Positions 40,969 through 51,025 of a DNA stretch of 64,000 nucleotides are shown in pieces. The notes beneath the pieces were generated by a model. It saw nothing but the letters and a program-made list of their open reading frames with translations, was not told where the DNA came from and did no database searches. The DNA lies in the IMG/VR virus record IMGVR_UViG_3300037249_001405, positions 146,317-210,316 of that record; one strand, 5' to 3'. The translations under genes and the position numbers were made by a program. Each line of letters opens with the position of its first letter. Position 1 is the stretch's first letter. This stretch comes from a virus. Lineage: Duplodnaviria; Caudoviricetes.

Positions 40969-41053
40969 GATCTAGTAGTTTTTTTAATTAATAAATTTTT
41001 GTTTGTGTTCAATAATAAGGCTTTGAAGAAGTCTTATACGTAAATTCTCAAAT

Positions 41054-41410
41054 CTATCTTTTCCTGTATTTATCGATAAATTCGAGAGCTTTTTTGAAAT
41101 TATCTTCCGTTAATTCTATTGAATTCTGGTATAATAATTTCTCTGTTCCATCCACTTTTACTGTCTTAACGGAGAAAGAGAATGTTTCTGAATGAATTGT
41201 TATACTAACAACTTCATCTACTGACTCAAACACTACTCCTCCGTAATAACCGAAGACAGCGTATTTTTTATTATTAAATTCTTGTGGATACCTGTTTACG
41301 ATATCTTTTGCATTATTGTAAACTTCTTGAGTAATTTTAGTAACTGTACCATCCTCTGATGATATATCTACTAATTCCTTCAAGTCATTAAGGTCTTCTA
41401 TTAAACTCAT
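41054..41410 (-). CDS. Hypothetical protein
   Basis: 118-aa ORF. Confidence 0.7.
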   Translation of the reverse strand: MSLIEDLNDLKELVDISSEDGTVTKITQEVYNNAKDIVNRYPQEFNNKKYAVFGYYGGVVFESVDEVVSITIHSETFSFSVKTVKVDGTEKLLYQNSIELTEDNFKKALEFIDKYRKR

Positions 41411-41412
41411 AA

Positions 41413-42306
41413 TTATTTAGTTATAAATCTAATATTATTTGAATTTAAGCCTAAAACATTAGGCCTAATTAATTCAATTTCATCCTCTTCGTATACAGAA
41501 AGGTCGTAGATTTTTCCATAACAACGAGGATTTTCTGGATGATTTCCATACCACAGACCTCTGAATCCGTATAGTCCTGGGCATGAAGCATTCATACCTT
41601 TCTTAAGGTGTTTTTCTTTCACCTTAAGAACTACAACTCTATCTTTCCTGTTTTCTTCTTTATTATAGAGTTGGAGAATCATTCCAGGGCGTATATCTTC
41701 TTTCTTAATACGTCTTTGCTCTTTCACCCAATCTATCCTTGCCTTTATCTTAGGCAATTCTCTAATGCAATCGGGTTCTACAAGTTCCTGATTCTCCATT
41801 AATACTTTATACAGAAATTCACAAGCTTCCAACCAGTCTTCTGTTATGTCAACTGGAATAGTTGTGATATTACTGTATCCATCAGCTAAATGAAATATAC
41901 CCCTTCTTGGTTTTGTTCCATTTATGCTGAGTTGATCTGCTCTTTTCAGTGTATAATCAAGAGTATGATCATTGACACGATTTTCGATATCTTTGATTAT
42001 ACTTACTTGCTCATCATACCATTCATTGTAGTTTGGTAATAATGTTATTTTTTTACCTTTAGCAAGATCTTTGAGAATTTTCTCATGCTCAAGATCTTCT
42101 AGTCTTTCTTTTTCTACCCTCTCAAGAGCTTCCTCTATTGTGGGTACTCTGTTGGTTTTGTAATTTGGAGCCTCAATAAGTTCTCCAAATTCCCAACTAA
42201 AACCACCGCCTATTGTGAGTAGACACTGGTCTAACACGTCGATAACATTCTGTTGTATCGCCGGATAAAGGAGGATAGACCTCCTTATTGTATTTTTTAC
42301 ATTCAT
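41413..42306 (-). CDS. Hypothetical protein
   Basis: 297-aa ORF after the conserved leader. Confidence 0.75.
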   Translation of the reverse strand: MNVKNTIRRSILLYPAIQQNVIDVLDQCLLTIGGGFSWEFGELIEAPNYKTNRVPTIEEALERVEKERLEDLEHEKILKDLAKGKKITLLPNYNEWYDEQVSIIKDIENRVNDHTLDYTLKRADQLSINGTKPRRGIFHLADGYSNITTIPVDITEDWLEACEFLYKVLMENQELVEPDCIRELPKIKARIDWVKEQRRIKKEDIRPGMILQLYNKEENRKDRVVVLKVKEKHLKKGMNASCPGLYGFRGLWYGNHPENPRCYGKIYDLSVYEEDEIELIRPNVLGLNSNNIRFITK

Positions 42307-42397
42307 ATTTGATATAGTTTTTTGTTAATAATCATGAAAAATAAAGAAGGGAATATAAACTTTAATCGTTCATATTCCCTTCTTATATAAAGGTTTT
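42307..42397 (-). promoter_or_regulatory. Promoter-hairpin-U-box leader, copy 12
   Basis: AAAACCTTTATATAAG, stem 42344-42384, TTTATTTTTCATGATTATTAAC. Confidence 0.8.
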
Positions 42398-42472
42398 AGC
42401 TGGTTAGATATGCATAATCTAGAGAACCCTTAAATCTTTAGTATTGAATATAAATTATAATTAACAAAAAAA

Positions 42473-42703
42473 ATGACAAATAACAGTGACGCTGTAGAAT
42501 GTTCCTTCACATGGAACAAAAACAGTGATGCAAATAAGCCACCTATTAATCATTCTGTTCTTCTCATTACGAAAAATGGTGCAGCAGAAGGTGAATGGAA
42601 AGGTGAAAATTGGATCCAATACAGATGGAGTTGTACTGTGCAGGACAATGATGTATTGTATTGGACTGAATTATCTAATTTAATGATTAAAAACAATGAA
42701 TAA
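42473..42703 (+). CDS. Small phage protein (DUF551-like)
   Basis: W....KP....VLL..., VLYWTEL pattern. Confidence 0.6.
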   Translation: MTNNSDAVECSFTWNKNSDANKPPINHSVLLITKNGAAEGEWKGENWIQYRWSCTVQDNDVLYWTELSNLMIKNNE

Positions 42704-43574
42704 TAGAATATTAATACGTTCTACACAAAAATTAGAACAATATGAATCCCCAGTATTTTTTACCGGTAGAGAAATCATAACTAAACTTGCGTCTAGAATT
42801 TATAAACTGGATATAAATCTTGACCAGGCTACTAAATTAGAAAAGAAGCGTTCTCAGCTTAATCGAGAGAATTTAACTGATGAACGTTGCAGAGAAATCG
42901 CAGTAGAGCGTGAAGGAAGAGGTAACTATTTCTTGATAAAATTGAATGTAGATTTATTTGAGAAATTAAAGGGTTATCACTCCAGACTATTCTTTTTGAA
43001 AAATGTTTGTGATTCTAAAATCATTGACATACAGAGTAGCGCTTATTGGAGAGACTGCGTAAATCAGTATCTTAAAGATGTTGATTACACACATAAGAAT
43101 GCTATTCTCACTTATAATAATAAAAATTATTATAATTGCAAGAAAAGTTGTAATATGATCGTCTATCTTACGTCATATACTTGTTACAATCTATTCTTAT
43201 CGTCTAAGGGTGATTATATTAGGCCGATTTCTGAAAAGGAATTCTTTAAGATTCCCCATGTAAAGTGGGACAAAGAATCAGATGATTGGGATATGTTAGA
43301 TTGTGATGACGAAGGCCCTAAGTTTCATATTTATTCTCGTAAATATTTACCAGGGGATTCTGTATATGGTTTCATCAGTAAAACATCATTTATAATTTCC
43401 GGCGGTGATGATTACAACCCTTCTGTTGATCTTCCTTACATGGAAGAGGAGAAAGCTATAGCTATTGGTAAAGAGTTTTTGGATAATATGCCAAAAGACG
43501 GTATCAATAGGGATTATTTCGATGAGTTCTTTTATTCGAAAGGAGCTCTCGATGAAGACTTTGATTACAATTAA
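42696..43574 (+). CDS. Hypothetical protein, member 1 of tandem paralog array (extra C-terminal domain)
   Basis: EIITKLASRIYKL. Confidence 0.75.
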   Translation: MNNRILIRSTQKLEQYESPVFFTGREIITKLASRIYKLDINLDQATKLEKKRSQLNRENLTDERCREIAVEREGRGNYFLIKLNVDLFEKLKGYHSRLFFLKNVCDSKIIDIQSSAYWRDCVNQYLKDVDYTHKNAILTYNNKNYYNCKKSCNMIVYLTSYTCYNLFLSSKGDYIRPISEKEFFKIPHVKWDKESDDWDMLDCDDEGPKFHIYSRKYLPGDSVYGFISKTSFIISGGDDYNPSVDLPYMEEEKAIAIGKEFLDNMPKDGINRDYFDEFFYSKGALDEDFDYN

Positions 43575-43605
43575 TATTAATAAATTAAAATAAAAAACTA
43601 TAAAA

Positions 43606-44043
43606 ATGGCAAAGAAATTAGTAAAGGTTGAAGTAAAGGAAAATAAACTCCAACCCAATGCAATCTTACTCGAAGAGGATGAGATTTTGTCAGCAACATG
43701 TGACATTTACAAGTTTAATCTTTCAAAGAAGAATAAACTTGGTCAGTTAGCTGCAAGAGATTTAGGTAGTTGCGAAGACTATGAAGAGGATGACTTTGAT
43801 TTCTGCTTACTGAGAGTAAAAGACTCTCTATTAGAGAAATTAGAGAAAAGAGAAATTACACTACTATACAAATATGATATGTATGATGAAACGGATGATG
43901 GTATTGCTGAAATAACATCACTTGATAGCTTATTAGAGTATATAGACGATTATATAACTAATAATGATGGAGAATTCCTTTTTGAGAGATTTAACAGAAA
44001 GGACCAAGTTTATTTCATCCCTTACCTAAATAGCATAATTTAA
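43606..44043 (+). CDS. Hypothetical protein, paralog array member 2
   Basis: EILSATCDIYKF. Confidence 0.75.
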   Translation: MAKKLVKVEVKENKLQPNAILLEEDEILSATCDIYKFNLSKKNKLGQLAARDLGSCEDYEEDDFDFCLLRVKDSLLEKLEKREITLLYKYDMYDETDDGIAEITSLDSLLEYIDDYITNNDGEFLFERFNRKDQVYFIPYLNSII

Positions 44044-44053
44044 GTACAAGATT

Positions 44054-44473
44054 ATGGAAAAGATTGAAATAAAAAATACCGATCTCACGTCAAATGCGAT
44101 TGTGCTTGAAGACTCAGAAATCATCACAAAAACTTGTGATATTTATAAATTCAAGCTTTCAGATGAAAAGAAATGTGATCGACTTTTATCTGCTCGTATC
44201 TTTTTTGATCCTGATGAAGACGACATTGATGATTTTGACTTCTTTTTACTCAGAATAAAAGATGATATTATCTCTATTCTAGAGGAAAGAAAAACAGAGA
44301 TCATTTACAAAGAAACGGACGATGATGGTGCTGAAGATGGTTATTACCCTATAAGATCTTTTTACAAATTAGTAGAAGATATCAACTATTATCTTGAAAA
44401 TAACTGTGGAAAACTAATAATGAGTAGAGTAGGTAATAGAGATATTATCTGCATTATTAACGGTTTTGTCTAA
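44054..44473 (+). CDS. Hypothetical protein, paralog array member 3
   Basis: EIITKTCDIYKF. Confidence 0.75.
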   Translation: MEKIEIKNTDLTSNAIVLEDSEIITKTCDIYKFKLSDEKKCDRLLSARIFFDPDEDDIDDFDFFLLRIKDDIISILEERKTEIIYKETDDDGAEDGYYPIRSFYKLVEDINYYLENNCGKLIMSRVGNRDIICIINGFV

Positions 44474-44495
44474 TATTATACGAAACAGATTCAAA

Positions 44496-44954
44496 ATGAG
44501 AAAACAAATTCAATTTAGTGATGTAGAAGAGAGAAGTTTCTATTTCTACAACTCTGATATTCTCAGTAAACTTAGCAAGGTTTATAAGCTGGAGTTGAGT
44601 GAAGATCAGGTGAAATCTCTATGTCGTGGAATAAATTACACTTCTACTTTGGTAGAGAATCATGAGGGTAATTTTTACCTTGTTCAATTCTCTGATGAAT
44701 ATCTTAAGAAGAACGGAATAGGTACGAGGAGCACAGATTGTTGTTACTATCAAACAGACGATGAAAGTAGCACTAATTATATTGATCCGAAATCAGAATG
44801 GAGTGATTATGTTAAGGAGTATCTTAAATACGAAGATTTCGGATATAATGAATTGATCTCAAAAAGTATATCTGAACATAATCAAATCTGGTTTATTAGC
44901 TCTAATACTATGAGAAAATTAAAGTTCAATAAAGAATTTAAATTAGACGAGTAA
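44496..44954 (+). CDS. Hypothetical protein, paralog array member 4
   Basis: DILSKLSKVYKL; start moved to ATG 44496. Confidence 0.7.
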   Translation: MRKQIQFSDVEERSFYFYNSDILSKLSKVYKLELSEDQVKSLCRGINYTSTLVENHEGNFYLVQFSDEYLKKNGIGTRSTDCCYYQTDDESSTNYIDPKSEWSDYVKEYLKYEDFGYNELISKSISEHNQIWFISSNTMRKLKFNKEFKLDE

Positions 44955-44955
44955 A

Positions 44956-45438
44956 ATGGCAAGAGAAAAATTAAACTTTGAATCGTACGGTGATACGATT
45001 CTTCTTGAACATGAGGAGTTAATTACTTCAAATGTTTCTGAAGTATACAAACTTTCTCTCCCAGAGGAGAAAAAACGAAAAATAGTTGAAAAATACATAG
45101 AAAGTTTGCACATACTTTGTGAATATCATTCAGGGATTGTTGAATCTTATATGAATTTTTCAGACTTATACTTAATAAAGTATAATGAAAAATTCATTGA
45201 AAAGGAGAAAGAAAAGTCCAGGTGGTATATGTACCCAGCCTATCTCATTGGTGATGACTGTCTCGAGGATAGTATTCGCAGCATGAGTTTCGTTAAAAAT
45301 TGGAGTGATTGCCTCGAAGAATTACTCGAACGTGAGGGAATTTGCGATGATAGGGGAAGTTTGATTTCTAAGTCTAATAACCTAAAAAATCAGATTTGGT
45401 TACTTCCACGAGAGATGATGATTTTTGAAGAGGAATAA
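44956..45438 (+). CDS. Hypothetical protein, paralog array member 5
   Basis: ELITSNVSEVYKL. Confidence 0.75.
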   Translation: MAREKLNFESYGDTILLEHEELITSNVSEVYKLSLPEEKKRKIVEKYIESLHILCEYHSGIVESYMNFSDLYLIKYNEKFIEKEKEKSRWYMYPAYLIGDDCLEDSIRSMSFVKNWSDCLEELLEREGICDDRGSLISKSNNLKNQIWLLPREMMIFEEE

Positions 45439-45446
45439 ACGATAAA

Positions 45447-45935
45447 ATGAAAAAGATAATTTTCGAAATTGATGATGAGCCTTCTGTTTTAATTTTTAAA
45501 GGCAGTGAAATTATTACAAAGGCTTGTGATGTTTACATCCCCTCTTTAACAGAGGAGCAAAAAGCTAAACATTATCTTCGTTGGCTTAACAGCGAGGGTG
45601 CTATTTATAATCCAAAGACTATAGAAGAGTTGGATGAGGATGATAGAGAATTCTATGAAGAATCTAATTTCTACGTTTTTAGAATAAAACCCCAAGTTAG
45701 GAAAATCATTAACGAGCTGAAGGATGAGGATAATTCACGTTATATCTATTGGCTTGAGGATAATGATGAGCTAGTGCCAATAAATAATTACTCTGATATA
45801 TTAGATTCAGTAGAACATTGCTTAACAACGCTTGTAGGATTTGACGGTGCGGCTTATCAAGTTTCTGAGAATGAAACAACTCAAGTAATTATTATGACCT
45901 TAGACTGGAATTATGAAGACGAGTATGAAAAATGA
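45447..45935 (+). CDS. Hypothetical protein, paralog array member 6
   Basis: EIITKACDVYIP. Confidence 0.75.
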   Translation: MKKIIFEIDDEPSVLIFKGSEIITKACDVYIPSLTEEQKAKHYLRWLNSEGAIYNPKTIEELDEDDREFYEESNFYVFRIKPQVRKIINELKDEDNSRYIYWLEDNDELVPINNYSDILDSVEHCLTTLVGFDGAAYQVSENETTQVIIMTLDWNYEDEYEK

Positions 45936-46110
45936 AGACGATTTCCCTGAGTTGTCTATTAGTATGCCAGAGGAACCTAATGATAAGATTGATAAAGAAG
46001 CTTGGGTAAACTACTACTTAGAACTTCGATCAGTATTCTATCAAGTAAAAGACTATAAAGAAAGAATGTTAGCCTTTTATGAGAGGAAAAGAGAATCGGC
46101 TTCTGAGTAA
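45925..46110 (+). CDS. Small hypothetical protein
   Basis: Short ORF overlapping the upstream stop. Confidence 0.55.
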   Translation: MKNEDDFPELSISMPEEPNDKIDKEAWVNYYLELRSVFYQVKDYKERMLAFYERKRESASE

Positions 46111-46127
46111 TAGAAAATAATATCTAT

Positions 46128-46164
46128 AAAAATAACAGGAATTTAAATTCCTGTTATTTTTTTT
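46128..46164. terminator. Intrinsic terminator
   Basis: AAAATAACAGGAATTT/AAATTCCTGTTATTTT palindrome plus T-tract. Confidence 0.75.
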
Positions 46165-46279
46165 ATTCCCTTTATTGGACTAATTTATCTCTCAAAATAA
46201 CAAAAAAGCATATAAAATCCTCTTTATAATCTTAGAGATGTAATAATAAAAGAAATATTAACATAAAATTCATTTAAAA

Positions 46280-46546
46280 ATGAAACCAATTAAGGATAAA
46301 ATTCTTGTGAGGGAGCTTGATCCGACTAGCTACAAACAAAAAGTCGGTAATATTATGATTGATGTAGATCCGGGTTGTAAAGATTATGTTACAGCGGAAG
46401 TTGTAGCATTTGGTGATGAGGTAAAAGAGTTGAAGGTAGGTGATAAATTGTTTATTTATCCAAACTCTGGTAAGCTTATTCGTGATCCGGAAACTAATCA
46501 AGAAATGAGAGTTATTACTACACTAGAAGTAATAACAGTATTGTAA
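46280..46546 (+). CDS. groES: Co-chaperonin GroES
   Basis: MKPIKDKILV, EVVAFG, LKVGDK; directly upstream of groEL. Confidence 0.88.
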   Translation: MKPIKDKILVRELDPTSYKQKVGNIMIDVDPGCKDYVTAEVVAFGDEVKELKVGDKLFIYPNSGKLIRDPETNQEMRVITTLEVITVL

Positions 46547-46585
46547 TAATAAAAATAAAAATAAAAAAAAACATAAATTATAGAT

Positions 46586-48229
46586 ATGGCAAAGATTGTT
46601 ATAAAAGGTGAAGACGCTAGAAAGAAAATTATAGAAGGCGTTATTGAAGCATCAGATGCAATTATCACAACTCTAGGACCTGCTGGTAAATTCGTAGCTA
46701 TAGAGAATAACATGATCGGTCCGGAAATTTCTCGTGACGGTGCAACTGTGGCTAAGTCTATTTCATTCAAGGATGGGGCTAAAAATTCAGGTGCTTTCTT
46801 GGTTCGTAAAGCAGCTTCTTTGACTGAGGATCAAGTTGGTGATGGAACTTCAACTTCTGCGTGTCTCATTAAGGAATTCTGTTCAAAGGGTGAGAGAGAA
46901 ATTAGCAAGGGTCATAACGTATCAGAGGTTAAGTCTGGTATGATCAAGGCTAGTGAATGGGTTAAGAATTTCATTAAAGAGAATTCTATTGAAGTTGGTG
47001 ATGATCTTGAAAAGATTCGTCGTGTAGCTACTATTTCTGCTAATAATGACCCTGAAGTTGGTGATCTCATTGTAGAATCTATGAAGAAAGTCGGTATTGA
47101 CGGTGTAATTACAGCAGAACTCTGTTCAGGTCTTGAAACTGAGGTAGAAATTACTGAAGGTATGAAGATTGAAAGAGGTTGGGCTTCACCTGAGTATGCA
47201 ACCGAGAAGGGTGATGGTAAATGTATTATGGAGGATTGTTTCATTTTCATTGTTGGAACAAGACTTTCTAATGTAAATCAGCTCATTCCTTTCCTTGAAC
47301 TCATTCAGAAAGAGGGTGGTAATAAGCCGTTCCTATTGATCTGTGATGGTATTGATGATGTAGTTAATTCTACGTTGCTCATTAACACAATGAGAGGTGC
47401 ACTCCGTTGCTGCGTAGTAAAGGATATCGATTTTGGTGATGGAAGAAAGAACCAGATGCAAGATATTGCTACAAAGGTAGGAGCTACATATTTCTGTCCA
47501 GAAAATGGAAAGGATATTTCAAATGTAGAGTATGAAGATCTAGGTCATGCTAATAAAGTTGTAATCTCTCGTGATACAACTATTATCTATGAAGGTGCAG
47601 GTGATCCAGAGGAAATCAAAGCTCGTGCTGAAATTCTCAGAAAGAATCTAGAAGATCCTAATAGAACTCAATACGATAAGACTAAGTTTTCTAAGAGACT
47701 TGCTAACTTGACTAATGGTATCGCGGTTATTAGAGCCGGTGGTGCTACAGAAGTTGAAAAGTGTAATAGAAAAGCTACAATAGAGGATGCTATTTTGGCA
47801 TCTAAATCCGCTATTTCTGAAGGTTGTGTACCTGGTGGTGGTTATATTTACTATAAAGCTGCACAGGCAATCATGAAGGATAAGAAGTGGTGGAAAGATT
47901 TGGAAGGCGATGAAGTTACAGGAGCTGAGATCGTTGTAGAGTCCCTTCCTTCAATTTTAAGAACCGTTGCTGAAAATGCTGGTATGCCAGGTGATGTGAT
48001 CGTTGAATGGTCTGAAATTAAGCCTAAGGTATTTATGAATAACATGGGCTTTAATGCTAAGACTCGTAAGTGGTCTGATTTGCTTGAAGATGGTGTACTT
48101 GACAGTGCAAAGGTTGCGCGTGTTGCTCTTGAGAACTCAATCTCTACAGCTTCTATGATTCTTGCCACAGATTGTATAATCTTGGAAGATGAGGATGACA
48201 AGAAAGCTGCTAATCCGTTGGGTGTATAG
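46586..48229 (+). CDS. groEL: Chaperonin GroEL
   Basis: TLGPAG, DGATVAK, VGDGTST, VATISANND, GGATEVE, EDA, VPGGG. Confidence 0.96.
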   Translation: MAKIVIKGEDARKKIIEGVIEASDAIITTLGPAGKFVAIENNMIGPEISRDGATVAKSISFKDGAKNSGAFLVRKAASLTEDQVGDGTSTSACLIKEFCSKGEREISKGHNVSEVKSGMIKASEWVKNFIKENSIEVGDDLEKIRRVATISANNDPEVGDLIVESMKKVGIDGVITAELCSGLETEVEITEGMKIERGWASPEYATEKGDGKCIMEDCFIFIVGTRLSNVNQLIPFLELIQKEGGNKPFLLICDGIDDVVNSTLLINTMRGALRCCVVKDIDFGDGRKNQMQDIATKVGATYFCPENGKDISNVEYEDLGHANKVVISRDTTIIYEGAGDPEEIKARAEILRKNLEDPNRTQYDKTKFSKRLANLTNGIAVIRAGGATEVEKCNRKATIEDAILASKSAISEGCVPGGGYIYYKAAQAIMKDKKWWKDLEGDEVTGAEIVVESLPSILRTVAENAGMPGDVIVEWSEIKPKVFMNNMGFNAKTRKWSDLLEDGVLDSAKVARVALENSISTASMILATDCIILEDEDDKKAANPLGV

Positions 48230-48314
48230 TTTATAATTAATTAATGTGAGTGAATAGTAGTAAATTAAAGGAGAGCTCTAGTGATAGGACTCTCCTTTTT
48301 TAATTTAAGTTAAC

Positions 48315-49040
48315 ATGGCTAATAAAAACAATAACCTTAAAGACGAAGTCAAAGATAGAAATACGCCCCGTAACGGACAACGTAGGTATCATAATCATAG
48401 TCACAGAAAGGATGAACAAAGTAAAATTGATGCAGCTTTAGATTATATTGGTGCATCCGATGGTGTTACTTTCTTGGCTAATGGATCTCCTGATGGTTCA
48501 GATAAAGTGTCCGAGGAGGATTTTGAAAACATCCTTAAAAAGATGCTAGCTGCAGAGTCTAATAAACAAAAACAAAAGAATAATAATCCTCCTAAAAATA
48601 CTACAAGTGGGCTAATTGAAAGTTTCCCATTTGGTTGTAATCCTTTTAATAGTAGTTTTACGTCAGCTAACTTTAATCCATTTGACAACATTTGTGATGA
48701 TGAAGAGGATGATCTTAATGATGAGTTGACAGACGTGCTAGGAGAGATTTTAGGTGATGATTATGAAGATTCTTGTCCTGTTGAATCAGTTTATAAAGCG
48801 ATGATGCAGACAAGACCACTTGGAATTGATTGGGAAAAAGATAAAGTTATCGATTTCCTCAAGAAGAATGGCTATGAAATTCACCAGAGAATTAGTAAGA
48901 TAGATGGAAGTGAATTTACTGTAGCATATAAAGAAGGAGTAACTGATCCTATTGATAAACTAAGCATGACTAACCTAAGTAAAGAATTTTCCAGAACTAT
49001 ACAGGATATTATACTTGGTTGGTTAATGAAGATAAAATAG
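48315..49040 (+). CDS. Hypothetical protein
   Basis: 241-aa ORF. Confidence 0.75.
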   Translation: MANKNNNLKDEVKDRNTPRNGQRRYHNHSHRKDEQSKIDAALDYIGASDGVTFLANGSPDGSDKVSEEDFENILKKMLAAESNKQKQKNNNPPKNTTSGLIESFPFGCNPFNSSFTSANFNPFDNICDDEEDDLNDELTDVLGEILGDDYEDSCPVESVYKAMMQTRPLGIDWEKDKVIDFLKKNGYEIHQRISKIDGSEFTVAYKEGVTDPIDKLSMTNLSKEFSRTIQDIILGWLMKIK

Positions 49041-49047
49041 CATAACT

Positions 49048-49434
49048 ATGGAGAGTCATTTGGTTAAAACAAAAAACGATACTGACTACCCTGATTATGT
49101 TATGTCTGTTTGCAGCACATTGAGAGATGCATACGGTTTTTCTGCTAGAATTACTGATTTATGGAGTATGTTATTGACCGTATTATCTCTTGATGAATTT
49201 GAATTAATGGACTATAGGTTGAATCAGAATGGTAAATTCTATTCATATTTATTGGATAGTTGTATTCAATGGAGAGAAGGAAAGCCAGTTGATTTTCGAG
49301 ATATATATGATGCCATTCTAATAAACGGTGATTTCTCAAAAAGTGAAAAATCATTGTTTGAAGGTTGCGATATTTTAGATATATTATGGGCGATTTTTAT
49401 TGTTGTAAATAACCCAGGAATTAATTTTAATTAA
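49048..49434 (+). CDS. Hypothetical protein
   Basis: 128-aa ORF in operon. Confidence 0.7.
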   Translation: MESHLVKTKNDTDYPDYVMSVCSTLRDAYGFSARITDLWSMLLTVLSLDEFELMDYRLNQNGKFYSYLLDSCIQWREGKPVDFRDIYDAILINGDFSKSEKSLFEGCDILDILWAIFIVVNNPGINFN

Positions 49435-49436
49435 AA

Positions 49437-50054
49437 ATGATAGAAGTAAGTTTATATGCAATTGAGCCGGATGATCATTATGCAAAGACCGGTAGATGTG
49501 TTGCCCGTAATAGATTCGATAAAGAAGCAATGGGCACTAGTGTAGAGGAATTTGTTAGAGGATTCCTTAAAGATAATTTTGAAAGATTTAGTAGTGATGG
49601 TAGGAATATCAATTCTATTCTAGAAGAGAATAAATTCTTGAGTCGTATGGACTTGGCTTGTATTAATAATCTTCTTATTGGAATTGGTTATACTTTCATT
49701 ATTACAACAGTAGCGGATGATGAGGAAAATCCAACTGGCGTACCAACTGGTGATATAGTTGAATGGAATATTATTAATACGAATAACCTTCAGAACGATT
49801 ACCCTGTAGCTACCAAGATTATTCCAAGTCTTCCTCAAGATTTCATCGAAATCTTTGATCAGATAATTGGTAATTGTGGTTTCTATAATGAGGATAAGTT
49901 CTCTGGTGTGAAGAATCCTTTCTCATCACAGATGAATGTACTTAAGAGCACAAAGGAGAAGACTGGTGCTACAAGTGAGTCTGCTATTTCTAAAATTTAT
50001 AGACTACTCGAAGAGCATGGTATTCGAATTTTCGTAGCAACTTCAGAAGATTAA
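49437..50054 (+). CDS. Hypothetical protein
   Basis: 205-aa ORF in operon. Confidence 0.75.
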   Translation: MIEVSLYAIEPDDHYAKTGRCVARNRFDKEAMGTSVEEFVRGFLKDNFERFSSDGRNINSILEENKFLSRMDLACINNLLIGIGYTFIITTVADDEENPTGVPTGDIVEWNIINTNNLQNDYPVATKIIPSLPQDFIEIFDQIIGNCGFYNEDKFSGVKNPFSSQMNVLKSTKEKTGATSESAISKIYRLLEEHGIRIFVATSED

Positions 50055-50067
50055 AAACACATTTGAT

Positions 50068-50511
50068 ATGACAAAATTACAAGAAGATATTCTCAATATT
50101 TATAATACTCTTGTTATATTTAACAAAGATACTATAGTAAATCCATTTCCTATTCCAATTAGAGTAAGATTTGACAAAGAAAGTAGTTTCTTGGTTTATG
50201 AACAAAGAGGAAATATTGCGAATCTCTTTCAACCAATCTATTACTGTCATGATTTAAATAAAATTAAACCAACATTATTACTACCAAATGATTATGATTT
50301 GTTAATGTATAATCTTAAAGCCGCTATTGATTCAGGTAAATTGTTAGAGGATAGAACTACTTTAACACCAACTGAATTTGGTTTTGATATATACTCAACG
50401 GATCAGAAAGAACTATATAAAGGACCAAAATTGATCTCTTCATGTAAGTTTATTTCTAGTAATAATTGGTTGTTTAGGCTTATTTCAAGAATGCGAGGAT
50501 TGGATAAATAA
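50068..50511 (+). CDS. Hypothetical protein
   Basis: 147-aa ORF in operon. Confidence 0.7.
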   Translation: MTKLQEDILNIYNTLVIFNKDTIVNPFPIPIRVRFDKESSFLVYEQRGNIANLFQPIYYCHDLNKIKPTLLLPNDYDLLMYNLKAAIDSGKLLEDRTTLTPTEFGFDIYSTDQKELYKGPKLISSCKFISSNNWLFRLISRMRGLDK

Positions 50512-50533
50512 AAAAAAATACAAAAATTAAATT

Positions 50534-51025
50534 ATGGTTGACAAGAATGATTATTTCGTATTGAGTGATGGTTCTAATGTCAATTCCGTTATTGTAAAAG
50601 TGATTAATAAGTCCAATAACCCTCTGCCTCAGTATAAAACAACTGGGGCAGCAGGTATGGACATAATGGCTTATATACCTGACGGAGATTACGTTATAAT
50701 CAAACCTCAAGAAACAAAATTGATCCTTACAGGTCTCTTCATTGCACTTCCCTCTGGTTGGGAAGCACAAGTTAGATCTAGAAGCGGATTAGCTGCAATG
50801 GATAACGTATTTGTTCTCAATTCACCTGGAACTATTGATTCAGATTATAGAGGAGAAATAAAAGTTATTCTAACTAATCTTGGTACAGAGGATTTTATTA
50901 TCCATTCTGGTGATAGAATAGCTCAACTTGTATTGAACAAGGTTACCAAAATTATGTTTAAAGAAGTTACTAACCTAGATAACACGGAACGCGGTGATGG
51001 AGGTTTTGGATCAACAGGCGTATAA
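50534..51025 (+). CDS. dut: Trimeric dUTPase
   Basis: AAGMD, RSGLA, NSPGTIDSDYRGE, GDRIAQL, RGDGGFGSTG. Confidence 0.97.
   Translation: MVDKNDYFVLSDGSNVNSVIVKVINKSNNPLPQYKTTGAAGMDIMAYIPDGDYVIIKPQETKLILTGLFIALPSGWEAQVRSRSGLAAMDNVFVLNSPGTIDSDYRGEIKVILTNLGTEDFIIHSGDRIAQLVLNKVTKIMFKEVTNLDNTERGDGGFGSTGV

Noticed and set aside
40483-41043. Plus-strand ORFs 40483-41043 and 40485-40838
   Set aside because: Antisense shadows of the GC-rich minus-strand gene, which carries the promoter and leader
46912-48201. Ser/Ile-rich antisense ORFs within groEL (and similar ones within rtcB, ligA and others)
   Set aside because: Expected reverse-frame artefacts of biased codon usage
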